DNA of 32,000 nucleotides. Source: Candidatus Nanoarchaeia archaeon. Its GTDB lineage: Archaea; Nanobdellota; Nanobdellia; Woesearchaeales; JANQNC01. The notes under the pieces are model-generated. The model ran no database searches, was not told the DNA's origin, and worked only from the letters and a program-made list of their open reading frames with translations. The DNA is taken from assembly GCA_028279745.1 (NCBI GenBank), contig JANQNC010000001.1:60001-92000 (forward strand). The letters are read 5' to 3'. Positions 1 through 8,496 of the stretch are shown here, piece by piece; positions within the stretch are counted from its first letter, which is position 1; each line of letters starts with the position of its first letter. Made by a program: the position numbers and the translations under genes.

Positions 1-1221
1 GAAAGAGTAATACCTGGAATGATCCATAAAGCAAACAATGGGGTACTATTCTTAGATGAGGTAGCAACGCTAAGCCCAAGATCACAACAAGAACTTCTGA
101 CAGCATTGCAAGAAGGAAAGTACTCAATCACAGGACAGTCAGAAAAGTCAGCAGGAAGCATGGTAAGAACAGAAGCAGTACCCTGTAAATTCATTTTAGT
201 TGCAGCAGGAAACATGATGGAAATACAGCACATGCACCCAGCACTAAGATCAAGAATCAGAGGATATGGTTATGAGGTACATATGAAGGAGACCATGCCC
301 GACAGTAAAGAAAACAGACAAAAGATAGCAAGGTTTGTAGCACAAGAGATCAAAAAAGACGGTAAGATTCCAGCATTTGACAAAAAAGCAGTAGAAACAA
401 TAATACACGAAGCCAGAAAAATGGCAAACAGGAAAGATCATCTAACACTAAGATTAAGAGAGGTTGGCGGGTTAATCAGAGCAGCAGGAGACCTAGCAAA
501 AGAACAAAAAGCAAAGACAGTGACACCAAAACATGTTTTAGAGGCAAGAAAGATAGCAAAAACACTAGAACAACAGATCGCAGACAAATACATCGCACGA
601 AAAAAAGAATATGAAGTTATAGTAACAAAAGGAAAGCAAGTAGGAAGAGTAAATGGGCTGGCAGTAATGGGAAGCGATGGTGCTTACTCCGGAATAATAC
701 TTCCGATAGAATCAGCAGTCACACCTGGCGGAAAAGAACGAGAGATAGTAGCAACAGGAAAATTAGGAGATATAGCAAAAGAAGCAATCAAAAACGTATC
801 CGCAATAATCAAAAAACACTTTGGACAAGACATAAAAGAAACACACGACGTTTATGTGCAATTTTTACAAACATATGAAGGGGTTGAAGGAGACTCAGCT
901 TCAGTAGCAGTAGCAACAACAATAATATCAGCACTAAAAGGGATCCCAATCAAACAAGACTATGCAATGACTGGTTCACTTTCTGTAAGAGGAGAAGTCT
1001 TGCCAATAGGGGGAGTTTCAGCAAAGATAGATGCAGCAATCGATGCAGGAATCAAAAATGTGATAGTTCCAGAAAGCAACATGAAAGACATAGTCATAGA
1101 CGAAGACAGAATGAAGAAGATAAAGATCATACCTGTAAAAACAATAACTGAAGTGTTAAAAAGTGCGCTTGAGTGGAAAGGAAAAGAAAATATTCTGAAA
1201 AAAATTAATTCTAAACTATAA
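1..1221 (+). CDS. lon: ATP-dependent Lon protease, archaeal LonB-type (5' end truncated by window edge)
   Basis: Frame 1 is open from base 1 (ERVIPGM...). AAA+ C-terminal region is followed by a Lon proteolytic domain with Ser motif EGVEGDSAS and Lys motif [10 protein letters not shown]. Confidence 0.9.
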   Translation, partial: ERVIPGMIHKANNGVLFLDEVATLSPRSQQELLTALQEGKYSITGQSEKSAGSMVRTEAVPCKFILVAAGNMMEIQHMHPALRSRIRGYGYEVHMKETMPDSKENRQKIARFVAQEIKKDGKIPAFDKKAVETIIHEARKMANRKDHLTLRLREVGGLIRAAGDLAKEQKAKTVTPKHVLEARKIAKTLEQQIADKYIARKKEYEVIVTKGKQVGRVNGLAVMGSDGAYSGIILPIESAVTPGGKEREIVATGKLGDIAKEAIKNVSAIIKKHFGQDIKETHDVYVQFLQTYEGVEGDSASVAVATTIISALKGIPIKQDYAMTGSLSVRGEVLPIGGVSAKIDAAIDAGIKNVIVPESNMKDIVIDEDRMKKIKIIPVKTITEVLKSALEWKGKENILKKINSKL

Positions 1222-1435
1222 GAAAAGAAAATAGCACAACAGCTAAAATAATCCAAACCAGCAAGAGAAGTAAAGTGACGACAGAAATAACTCTAACCGC
1301 TTTAGGTCTTGAAGATTGATTTGCTTTAATCAACAATATGATTGGAAGCACAATGGGCAGTAACATGTTTACTACTGGAATCAAAGCAACAATAGCGATG
1401 ATTGCAAGCCATAAAGATAAATTGTCTTTTGCCAT
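1211..1435 (-). CDS. small two-TM membrane protein (paralog A of a tandem pair)
   Basis: 74 aa, two hydrophobic helices. Clearly alignable to the adjacent 96-aa ORF ([19 protein letters not shown] vs ALKNAKKSSMPWLVRLLSIV). Its ATG lies 1 nt after the upstream stop; its 3' end overlaps lon by 11 nt. Confidence 0.6.
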   Translation of the reverse strand: MAKDNLSLWLAIIAIVALIPVVNMLLPIVLPIILLIKANQSSRPKAVRVISVVTLLLLLVWIILAVVLFSFLIV

Positions 1436-1436
1436 C

Positions 1437-1727
1437 TTAAGCCAACGCCCCCAAAATAGTTGATAGTACTGTTATGGTCATGTATGCAACCCAAATAACA
1501 ATTGCAACGATACTTAGTAACCTAACCAGCCAAGGCATTGAAGATTTCTTAGCATTCTTCAAAGCGATTATTGAAATTACCGGAACAACAAACTTGTTTG
1601 CTATCGGTATCACAAACATCAAAGCAACAAGTGCTAAAGAATAATATAGGTCTGGTCCAGAAACATCCTTCTTAACCACCTTCTTTTTTACTGCTTTTTT
1701 CTTAACTGCTTTCTTCTTAGCTGCCAT
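1437..1727 (-). CDS. small two-TM membrane protein with Lys-rich N-terminus (paralog B)
   Basis: 96 aa with N-terminal MAAKKKAVKKKAVKKKVVKK, then two TM helices homologous to the downstream ORF. A BRE/TATA element sits about 23 nt upstream of the ATG. Confidence 0.65.
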   Translation of the reverse strand: MAAKKKAVKKKAVKKKVVKKDVSGPDLYYSLALVALMFVIPIANKFVVPVISIIALKNAKKSSMPWLVRLLSIVAIVIWVAYMTITVLSTILGALA

Positions 1728-1746
1728 AATATGTATTTTGATGACA

Positions 1747-1765
1747 GTTGTATATAAAGCTTTTC
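1747..1765 (-). promoter_or_regulatory. BRE/TATA promoter (leaderless) of the tandem small-membrane-protein operon
   Basis: The reverse complement reads GAAAAGCTTTATATACAAC; the TATA ends 23 nt before the ATG at 1727. Confidence 0.5.
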
Positions 1766-1792
1766 ATGAGGTTTAAAAAGGAAAAGGTAAGT

Positions 1793-2374
1793 TTATTCTT
1801 CTTTATTAGCGCTAACTGCTAGAGAATACAAATCCAACGTTTTTACTGCTCTCGCTTTAGCTTCCTCGAGAGTGAGGTCTGAAGAATAGTTAACCAAATA
1901 ATTCTTGCCGTCAATCTGACCGATTTCTAAAACTGTGCTAAGTGTGTCTTCTCTATTAAGAACTGAAGCTTTAATCTTTCTTTCCCATAGAGTTAAGCTA
2001 GCATTATCTTTATCTATTTGAATAATCGATGTATATCGAGGATTTTCTCTGCATTTACCTTCATTCTTATTGCACCAGTCTTCTCTGATAACTTGATTTT
2101 CATAGAGAACAACATCGGTTATGTTTTGATTAGAATCAGTTTGTATTTGAGCATAAACATCTTCATTATCACCTATCCAGAAAGTTTCTTCTACATCATT
2201 TGTTCTGTATTTAGCTAAATCTAAAGTGTGACTAACTTCAAGACTGTCAGGCATAACTGTTTCTTCAACAGATTCAACTACTGGAGCAGGTTCTTGAACT
2301 GGTTCTTCTTTTTTATCGGCACAGCCAGTAAAAGCTGCTATTGCTAGAATTGTGGTTATTAATGCTTTCTTCAT
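1793..2374 (-). CDS. predicted lipoprotein, unknown function
   Basis: Signal peptide plus lipobox (MKKALITTILAIAAFTGC). The ATG at 2374 is preceded by GAGGAA; the ORF-track start at 2389 is a TTG. Confidence 0.7.
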   Translation of the reverse strand: MKKALITTILAIAAFTGCADKKEEPVQEPAPVVESVEETVMPDSLEVSHTLDLAKYRTNDVEETFWIGDNEDVYAQIQTDSNQNITDVVLYENQVIREDWCNKNEGKCRENPRYTSIIQIDKDNASLTLWERKIKASVLNREDTLSTVLEIGQIDGKNYLVNYSSDLTLEEAKARAVKTLDLYSLAVSANKEE

Positions 2375-2499
2375 AGTCACATTCCTCAAGCGAGAGATGT
2401 TTAGGGGGTATATAAACCTTTCTATTTTGTTATCACTTTTGAGTAGCTAAATAACTCTTTTTGGAAACATTTTAATAAAGAAAAGTTTACAAATTTATC

Positions 2500-2763
2500 A
2501 TGGCAGACCTATTATCAATAATCACTCTAATTGCGGGAGTTCTAATGTCAATAAGTTACTATCCGCAAGCATACAAAATATGGAAAACAAAAAAATCAAA
2601 AGAGGTTTCATTACTGACTTTCTCATTTATGTCAGTAGGAACAATAATCTGGCTGGTATATGGAATAGTGTTTGAAGATCCAGTTATAATCTTTAGCTTT
2701 GTAGTTGGAACAATAGGTGCAAACTTAGTATTCTTCTTAGCATTATTTTACAGAAAAAAATAG
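2500..2763 (+). CDS. SemiSWEET / PQ-loop family small transporter
   Basis: 87 aa, three TM helices, PQ motif in TM1 (SISYYPQAYKIWKTKK). Confidence 0.75.
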   Translation: MADLLSIITLIAGVLMSISYYPQAYKIWKTKKSKEVSLLTFSFMSVGTIIWLVYGIVFEDPVIIFSFVVGTIGANLVFFLALFYRKK

Positions 2764-3414
2764 TTACGTTTTAATTCCAATATCTGCGATCAAAACTTTA
2801 TCTTTCATTTTTTCTAAACCTTGTTTAATGTCGTGAAAAGTGATGATTATGTCATAGTTGCAGCTAAGCTCAGAAACTTCCCCCGTATCAGGATTAACGC
2901 CTGTAGGAATATCAACACAAATCTTCTTACCCTCGATCAGATTATACTTCATTATGGCTTTCTTTAAATTTTCATCTAAAGGACCATCAAGTCCTGTGCC
3001 AACCATAGCATCAATCACAAAATCATATTGGTTATCAAGATCCTCAGGAGTTGTTACAATTTTGATACGCTTGTTGCTTCTAATGCTTTCAAAATTGATC
3101 CTTGCTTCAGTCTTAAATCTGTCTTCATTACCAACAAATAAAACTGTGACTTTACAATGAAATGCAAGATACCTTGCAGTAACAAAACCATCTCCTCCAT
3201 TGTTGCCATGACCACAAAAAATTGCAACTTTCTTGCCTAAAATATTTGTTCCTAGAGCTTGAGCAACTTTCTTTCCTGCATTCTCCATAAGCTTGAGAGC
3301 AGAAACGCCCTTTCTTCTAGTTTCCTCTTCCAGGTGAGTCATCTCCTCAACTGATATCATAATAGGTAGAGAGTAGAGCATATTTTTATTATTTTCTACT
3401 ACATATCGTAACAT
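2764..3414 (-). CDS. NAD(P)H-hydrate epimerase (stand-alone YjeF N-terminal domain)
   Basis: GHGNNGGDGFVTARYL motif and LMENAG N-terminal motif. The true start may be an internal Met (3381 or 3360). Confidence 0.8.
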   Translation of the reverse strand: MLRYVVENNKNMLYSLPIMISVEEMTHLEEETRRKGVSALKLMENAGKKVAQALGTNILGKKVAIFCGHGNNGGDGFVTARYLAFHCKVTVLFVGNEDRFKTEARINFESIRSNKRIKIVTTPEDLDNQYDFVIDAMVGTGLDGPLDENLKKAIMKYNLIEGKKICVDIPTGVNPDTGEVSELSCNYDIIITFHDIKQGLEKMKDKVLIADIGIKT

Positions 3415-3443
3415 TTTTAAATGATTATTGTCTTAATTATATC

Positions 3444-3569
3444 ATGGCAGATGAACCCGAAGCACCGTTGGAATGCAAACAATGCGGCAGTACAAACGTA
3501 GTAAAAAATGGAGAAACTGGCGAATTAGTTTGCAAAGACTGCGGAGCTAAAATGATGGCAGAAGAATAA
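3444..3569 (+). CDS. 41-aa zinc-ribbon miniprotein (TFIIB-ribbon-like)
   Basis: Not in the ORF track. MADEPEAPLECKQCGSTNVVKNGETGELVCKDCGAKMMAEE has CxxC-14-CxxC. TTTTTAAAT lies about 22 nt upstream of the ATG (leaderless spacing). Confidence 0.5.
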   Translation: MADEPEAPLECKQCGSTNVVKNGETGELVCKDCGAKMMAEE

Positions 3570-3609
3570 AAAAATTAAATTAAAAAAAATTTCTTAAATA
3601 TAGTCATCT

Positions 3610-4812
3610 CTATCTTCTAGGTCTTCTATTAAACCTTCTTTTACCAGCAAATCCTTGTCTTCTGCCTGAAGGTTTAAACTCAATCTTTACCCTATCAGTT
3701 TGAGGAGTACTCTTTTTACGAATCTTTACATCGTTATGTTGCAAGACTCTAGTAAAGTTATCATGATCCCTATCAGAAAGCAAAGTTATAGCTTTACCAT
3801 CTTTACCAGCTCTAGCAGTTCTACCGATCCTGTGGATGTACTGCTTAGGATCTTTACAAGTATCATAGTTGTAAACATGAGATATCCCGTCAATGTCAAG
3901 ACCTCTTGCTGCAACATCAGTACAGATCAAAGCATAAACCCTGCCTTTGTGAAAGTTTTGTAAGATCTGGTTTCTTTTTGCCTGAGTTAAACCGCCGTGT
4001 ATTGAACTGCAGTTTATACCATTAATCTTAAGATTCTTAGCCACGAAATCTGTATTTTGTCTAGTGTTACAGAAAACCATCACCAGTCCATCTTTCTCTC
4101 TCTTGAGAAGATGAACTAAGAGTGAAAATTTAGTGTTGTTTGTGACATTGTAATAAACTTGTTCAAGTTTAGATGCGTCAACATACTCTTCAGCAGAAAT
4201 TTTAACAGGGTTAATCATGTGTTTTTTTGTCAAATGATTAATTGTTGTAGAGATTGTTGCAGAGTATAGAAGAGTTTGTCTCTTTTTAGGAACTCTTCTT
4301 ATTATCTTTTCAACATCAGGCAAAAAACCCATGTCAAGCATCATGTCTGCTTCATCTAAAACCAACGTTTTTACCTTAGTAAGATTTATCGTGTTTCTAT
4401 CGATATGATCTAAAATTCTACCGGGTGTACCTATAACAATATCTGATTTTGGCAAATTATCAATCTGAGGATTTATTGAAACTCCTCCATAAACTGTAAT
4501 CGTTTTTAGTTTGGTGTATTTAGAGAAAGCTCTGAAAGATTTTGCTACTTGTTCAGCTAACTCTCTTGTAGGCACAAGAACTAAAGCTTGAATGCCTGCA
4601 CCTTCTTTGGAATTTTGAATTATTCCGCAGCTAAAAGCCAAAGTCTTTCCAGAACCCGTTCTGGAACCACCGATAACATCCTTTTTCTTTATCACTAAAG
4701 GGATTGTTTTTGCTTGTATCTTTGTGGGTTCAGTGAAATGTTTATCTTTTATTGCTTTAAGGACTAAGTCACTGACTCCTAACTCCTTAAAGTTATGTTT
4801 TTTATTTTCCAT
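3610..4812 (-). CDS. DEAD-box ATP-dependent RNA helicase
   Basis: Q motif (FTEPTKIQ), TGSGKT, PTRELA, TPGR, DEAD, SAT and HRIGRTARAG motifs, plus an Arg-rich C-terminal tail. AGGAG lies upstream of the ATG. Confidence 0.92.
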   Translation of the reverse strand: MENKKHNFKELGVSDLVLKAIKDKHFTEPTKIQAKTIPLVIKKKDVIGGSRTGSGKTLAFSCGIIQNSKEGAGIQALVLVPTRELAEQVAKSFRAFSKYTKLKTITVYGGVSINPQIDNLPKSDIVIGTPGRILDHIDRNTINLTKVKTLVLDEADMMLDMGFLPDVEKIIRRVPKKRQTLLYSATISTTINHLTKKHMINPVKISAEEYVDASKLEQVYYNVTNNTKFSLLVHLLKREKDGLVMVFCNTRQNTDFVAKNLKINGINCSSIHGGLTQAKRNQILQNFHKGRVYALICTDVAARGLDIDGISHVYNYDTCKDPKQYIHRIGRTARAGKDGKAITLLSDRDHDNFTRVLQHNDVKIRKKSTPQTDRVKIEFKPSGRRQGFAGKRRFNRRPRR

Positions 4813-5031
4813 CTTATTTTTACTCCTAAGAAAAAGAATACTAGTTATGATTTACATAAAGGTTAATTTTTTGTACGTAACCTGATCGAAAACCCCTGAC
4901 CAAGCTTATACTTAGAAAAGGATTTTATTATCTCTTGTCTTTTTCTCTATAAATAGGGTTTATAAGATGCTTTATAAAGGTTTGCTTTGATAATGGAAGC
5001 ATTTAAAAAGGGATCCTAACTTCCAGCTGAC

Positions 5032-5050
5032 ATCAGAAAGAAATTCTGAT
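5032..5050 (+). promoter_or_regulatory. hairpin in the csp 5' UTR just upstream of the ribosome-binding site
   Basis: Perfect 7-bp inverted repeat ATCAGAA-AGAAA-TTCTGAT, 6 nt upstream of TGAGGT. Confidence 0.35.
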
Positions 5051-5068
5051 AGTAAATGAGGTAAAAAA

Positions 5069-5356
5069 ATGAAAGGAACAGTAAAATTTTACAACGAAAT
5101 GAAGAACTTCGGCTTCATAGCTGGAGAAGATGGCAAAGAATACTTTGTACATCAGACAGGACTTAAAGAAGGCGTAACACTAGCAGATAATGATGAAGTT
5201 ACATTTGATGTTGAAGAGGGCGATAGAGGCCCAAAAGCAGTTAACGTTTCTAAAGGAGCTGAAGAAGCTGTAGCAGAAGAGCCAGCTGAAGAAGTTCAAG
5301 AAGAAGCTGCACCTGAAGAGGAAGCAGCACCAGAAGAAGAACCTAAAGAAGAGTAA
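5069..5356 (+). CDS. cold-shock domain protein with acidic E/A/P-rich C-terminal tail
   Basis: CSD with RNP1-like KNFGFI and RNP2-like YFVHQ, then about 30 aa of EEAVAEEPAEEVQEEAAPEEEAAPEEEPKEE. TGAGGT lies upstream. Confidence 0.9.
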   Translation: MKGTVKFYNEMKNFGFIAGEDGKEYFVHQTGLKEGVTLADNDEVTFDVEEGDRGPKAVNVSKGAEEAVAEEPAEEVQEEAAPEEEAAPEEEPKEE

Positions 5357-5393
5357 ATCTTTTCTTAATTCTTTTTTCTTATTATTTTTTTAT

Positions 5394-5846
5394 TTATTTT
5401 CTATTATATTTTGAGTATTGTTTTCTTCTAGTGTAGCCTAGAATAGCCATACCGGGGAAAGATAAAAGTGCAGTTGGCACTGTCGATTTAACAGGCTCAG
5501 GAGTGCCTTTTAGGTTGTGTAACCCATATGTTAATGAAATGGTTACTGTGGAAGGAATTATGATTGCAGCGGTTAAAGCAAGCGCTTTATTTTTTATTCT
5601 TGTAGCTAGGTAACCGCAGCCTTTCATTACTGCGCCTCCAAACAAGAATGTGTAACAACTTTGTTTAATTGCAGCAGTAGTAGAAAATAGTGCTTCATCT
5701 GTTTCATGATAGTTTATGCCAAAGACTATGCTGCCCATAGCAGCAGCTCCAAGAAGACCTATTTTATAGTCAATATATCTGCCACCAAACTTCACTATCT
5801 TTTTTATGGTGCGTTCTTTTCTTGCGATATTTTCTAGTTCTGACAT
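5394..5846 (-). CDS. hypothetical multi-TM membrane protein
   Basis: 150 aa with several hydrophobic segments. A BRE/TATA (AACGTTTATATATAA) lies about 20 nt upstream of the ATG. Confidence 0.6.
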   Translation of the reverse strand: MSELENIARKERTIKKIVKFGGRYIDYKIGLLGAAAMGSIVFGINYHETDEALFSTTAAIKQSCYTFLFGGAVMKGCGYLATRIKNKALALTAAIIIPSTVTISLTYGLHNLKGTPEPVKSTVPTALLSFPGMAILGYTRRKQYSKYNRK

Positions 5847-5863
5847 GAGAAGAGGGATATGAA

Positions 5864-5880
5864 GATTATATATAAACGTT
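5864..5880 (-). promoter_or_regulatory. BRE/TATA promoter (leaderless) of the 5394..5846 gene
   Basis: The reverse complement reads AACGTTTATATATAATC, ending about 20 nt before the ATG at 5846. Confidence 0.5.
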
Positions 5881-5885
5881 AATAA

Positions 5886-5920
5886 GAAAAAAGTTGCTAG
5901 AAAGCAAATGCTTTCTTAGC
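5886..5920 (-). terminator. hairpin plus T6 terminator downstream of the histone-fold gene
   Basis: On the minus strand, GCTAAGAAAGC-ATTT-GCTTTCTAGC (about 10 bp, one bulge) is followed by AACTTTTTT, starting 15 nt after the stop. Confidence 0.5.
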
Positions 5921-5934
5921 TTTAAATTAAAGAC

Positions 5935-6096
5935 TTAAAGGTCTTTAGCCATTACTGTTTTTCTACCGTTGCTTTCAGCTCTTGCAGCAGCATCTTTTAG
6001 AAGTTGCTCACATTTTGCGCTAAGTGCTTCAGCTAGGTCTCCAGCTACGTTGTAACCAGGTAATGCATCTTTTAGTTTTGCTTTTACTACTAACAT
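5935..6096 (-). CDS. 53-aa histone-fold-like protein (DUF1931 / alpha3-histone-like)
   Basis: Not in the ORF track. MLVVKAKLKDALPGYNVAGDLAEALSAKCEQLLKDAAARAESNGRKTVMAKDL has a GRKTV..DL ending typical of histone folds. GAGGTGG sits 6-7 nt upstream of the ATG, and a hairpin plus T6 lies downstream. Confidence 0.6.
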   Translation of the reverse strand: MLVVKAKLKDALPGYNVAGDLAEALSAKCEQLLKDAAARAESNGRKTVMAKDL

Positions 6097-6232
6097 TTTA
6101 TTCCACCTCACGATTTTATATTTAAGCCCCCAAACATTAGAATTTCAGGCTTATACAGTTTCTTCAGAATCCTAATATATAAATGTTTTGGTGAAAACGA
6201 GTGTTTTAGGGCTTCTAGTGGCTTTATTTGCG

Positions 6233-6246
6233 AAAAATTTAAATAC
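6233..6246 (+). promoter_or_regulatory. TATA element of the relBE operon
   Basis: AAAAATTTAAATAC ends 23 nt before the ATG at 6269. Confidence 0.45.
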
Positions 6247-6268
6247 TATGGTGGTCTATATAGTTGCT

Positions 6269-6487
6269 ATGGCAACCACAATTCAGATAAGTAAAGAACT
6301 AATGGAAGAGTTGAAGAGTAAAAAGATGTATGACAAAGAAAGTTATGAAGATATCATCTGGGACCTTATAGAAGATACAAAAGAATTATCTGAAGAAACT
6401 CTTAGAAGTATAGAACAATCCAAGAAAGATATCAAAGAAGGAAAATACTATACGCATGAACAGGTCAAGAAGGAATTAGGACTATGA
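6269..6487 (+). CDS. relB: type II antitoxin (RelB-like partner of RelE)
   Basis: 72 aa from the ATG at 6269, which is 23 nt after AAAAATTTAAATAC. The ORF-track TTG start at 6188 is unlikely. Acidic protein, 4-nt ATGA overlap with the toxin gene. Confidence 0.7.
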   Translation: MATTIQISKELMEELKSKKMYDKESYEDIIWDLIEDTKELSEETLRSIEQSKKDIKEGKYYTHEQVKKELGL

Positions 6488-6735
6488 TTTATTCTTTATT
6501 GTATTCTAAAGAAGCACTAAAGCAGTTAAAGAAGTTAGACAATGAAGCTAAGAAAAGAATATTGTCAACACTTGAAAGAATTAGGGTAAGACCTTACCCT
6601 CATGTGAAACGGTTAACAGGAAATCCTTACTATAGACTAAGGGTGGGGGATTATAGGGTGATACTTGATATTATAAACGACCAGATAGTCATATTTGTAA
6701 TTGAAGTTAAACACAGAAAGAATGTCTATAAATAG
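6484..6735 (+). CDS. relE: RelE/ParE-family type II toxin (mRNA interferase)
   Basis: 83 aa with the YRLRVGDYRVILDI..IVIFVIEVKHRKNVYK pattern typical of RelE/StbE. Translationally coupled to the upstream antitoxin. Confidence 0.85.
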   Translation: MIYSLLYSKEALKQLKKLDNEAKKRILSTLERIRVRPYPHVKRLTGNPYYRLRVGDYRVILDIINDQIVIFVIEVKHRKNVYK

Positions 6736-8409
6736 CTATTTATGAGTAAACCAGAATTTGTAGATATTATCTTCAACTGAGTCTAACTTACAGAAACCAA
6801 ACCTCTCAAACTGGATAACTTGGTTAGGGCTAACGTTCTTAATATAAGGAGAAGCTTTACCTTTAACAACTTCCTTATTAGGCATTAATATTTCAGTATC
6901 AATCAGATCGTCTTGTAAGGGTAAATAGTGGATAAGTCTTTTGCCACTACTTTTTTTAAATTCCTCATGATCTTTTGAATGGAATATTAAGTCATTACCT
7001 TCTTTTATGAAGTTTAGACAATCCATCAATCTTACTAATTCATTATCTTTAATGTTATCAAGATCTTCTTTTGTCAATAAGAAAAGTTCTTTTGTTGTAT
7101 AATCTCTAGAACCTCTTTTTGGTTCTTCAGGATGAACCTTTAAGCTAACAGATTGTTCAGGTGCATCTTTGATAGTAATTTCAACAGGCTCCTTAACGAA
7201 GAAATATCTGTCAGACTGTAAGTCTAGTAATCTTTTGTTATGGATGATCAAATCATCCCAAGTCAAAGTAGATTCAGATTTAGTCAAGCCTGTACTAAGA
7301 ACAAAATTCTTAATAGCTTCAGGCTGGAAACCTCTTCTCCTTAAAGCAGCAATTGTAGTTAAAGAAGGATCATCCCAGCCAATCAATTTACCTTCATCGA
7401 TCTGTTCTCTAATAACTCTGCCAGAACTCAGAACTCCTTCCATGTTGAATCTTGCAATCTCATAAGTCTTAGTCTCTCTAAGACCTAACGCATTTTGGAT
7501 CCATCTTTGCAACTCATTCCTCATCTCAAACTCTTTAGATCTGATTCTAATATCAATACCACATTGGCTATCCATTATAGCATTCTGAAAATCATAGTTG
7601 GGCCAAACTCTGTATTTATCGCCAGTTCTAGCATGTTTTTCATCAATAATCCTAAATATGGTTGGATCACGCATCGTAGAATTCTTATGTTCTAACTCAA
7701 TCTTCAATCTTAAGATTGCAGAACCTGCTTTTGCAGTCGGAAAAGACTGCCATTCTTTCAAGTTTTCTTCTGAGGATTTATTCCTGCAATCACAAGGCGT
7801 GCTTTTCATACGGCCTTCTCTGATCTGATCAGGGTTGCAGCTACACATGTAAGCTTGGTCTTGATTAATCAGCTGTTCCGCTTTTTCATAATATAAATCC
7901 ATGAAGTCAGAAGCATAAATTAATTCGTCCCATTCAACACCTAACCACTTAAAGTCATCCTGCATAATCTGATAAAACTCCTCTTTCACTAAAGCGGGAT
8001 TGGTGTCTTCAAATCTTAAGACAAATTTTCCATTCTGTCTCTTTGCAAGTTCATAGTTAACAATAATAGATTTAGCGTGACCAATATGGGGTTGTTTTTC
8101 AGGACCTGGAGGAAAACCAGTATTAACTTTATCTTCTGAGTTAAGTTTCAAAAAGCCAAAAATGTCTTTCTCTTTTTTTTCCTTTTTCTCTAATAATTCT
8201 GGTGCTAGAGATTCTAGTTGTTGTTTAATGTCTTCTTCAGATAGTGAGTTTATTTCATCACAGATTTCAGCAGACTTTTTTTGTAGTTCTGGAACTTGAG
8301 ATCTTAAATCAGGGTTCTCACCTAAAACTTTACCAATAAGTCTTTTAGGATCTGCTTTGCCAAACTGTAAGGCATTCTGTAATGCATATTTTCTTATTAT
8401 ATCTTCCAT
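6736..8409 (-). CDS. gltX: glutamyl-tRNA synthetase, archaeal/eukaryal type
   Basis: Class I HIGH motif (PHIGHAKS), FEDTNP, archaeal-style N-terminal helical extension, 557 aa. Confidence 0.93.
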   Translation of the reverse strand: MEDIIRKYALQNALQFGKADPKRLIGKVLGENPDLRSQVPELQKKSAEICDEINSLSEEDIKQQLESLAPELLEKKEKKEKDIFGFLKLNSEDKVNTGFPPGPEKQPHIGHAKSIIVNYELAKRQNGKFVLRFEDTNPALVKEEFYQIMQDDFKWLGVEWDELIYASDFMDLYYEKAEQLINQDQAYMCSCNPDQIREGRMKSTPCDCRNKSSEENLKEWQSFPTAKAGSAILRLKIELEHKNSTMRDPTIFRIIDEKHARTGDKYRVWPNYDFQNAIMDSQCGIDIRIRSKEFEMRNELQRWIQNALGLRETKTYEIARFNMEGVLSSGRVIREQIDEGKLIGWDDPSLTTIAALRRRGFQPEAIKNFVLSTGLTKSESTLTWDDLIIHNKRLLDLQSDRYFFVKEPVEITIKDAPEQSVSLKVHPEEPKRGSRDYTTKELFLLTKEDLDNIKDNELVRLMDCLNFIKEGNDLIFHSKDHEEFKKSSGKRLIHYLPLQDDLIDTEILMPNKEVVKGKASPYIKNVSPNQVIQFERFGFCKLDSVEDNIYKFWFTHK

Positions 8410-8496
8410 ACCTCGTATTGTTATCTCTGTGTTTTTAAATTTAGTGGTAGAAAAATATTTAAATCAAATATTAATATAGTTTATTGAGGTGAAAAA

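Noticed and set aside
5260-5356. GAAGAAGC/CCAGAAGA-type repetitive DNA at the end of csp as a tandem repeat or microsatellite
   Set aside because: It is in frame and encodes the E/A/P acidic tail. The repeats are imperfect, so I treat it as coding low complexity rather than a structural DNA repeat.
6188-6268. Hydrophobic N-terminal extension of the antitoxin ORF (a TM-anchored antitoxin)
   Set aside because: The extension starts at a TTG and would run through the TATA element at 6233-6246. The ATG at 6269 has ideal leaderless spacing and yields a typical soluble antitoxin of about 70 aa.
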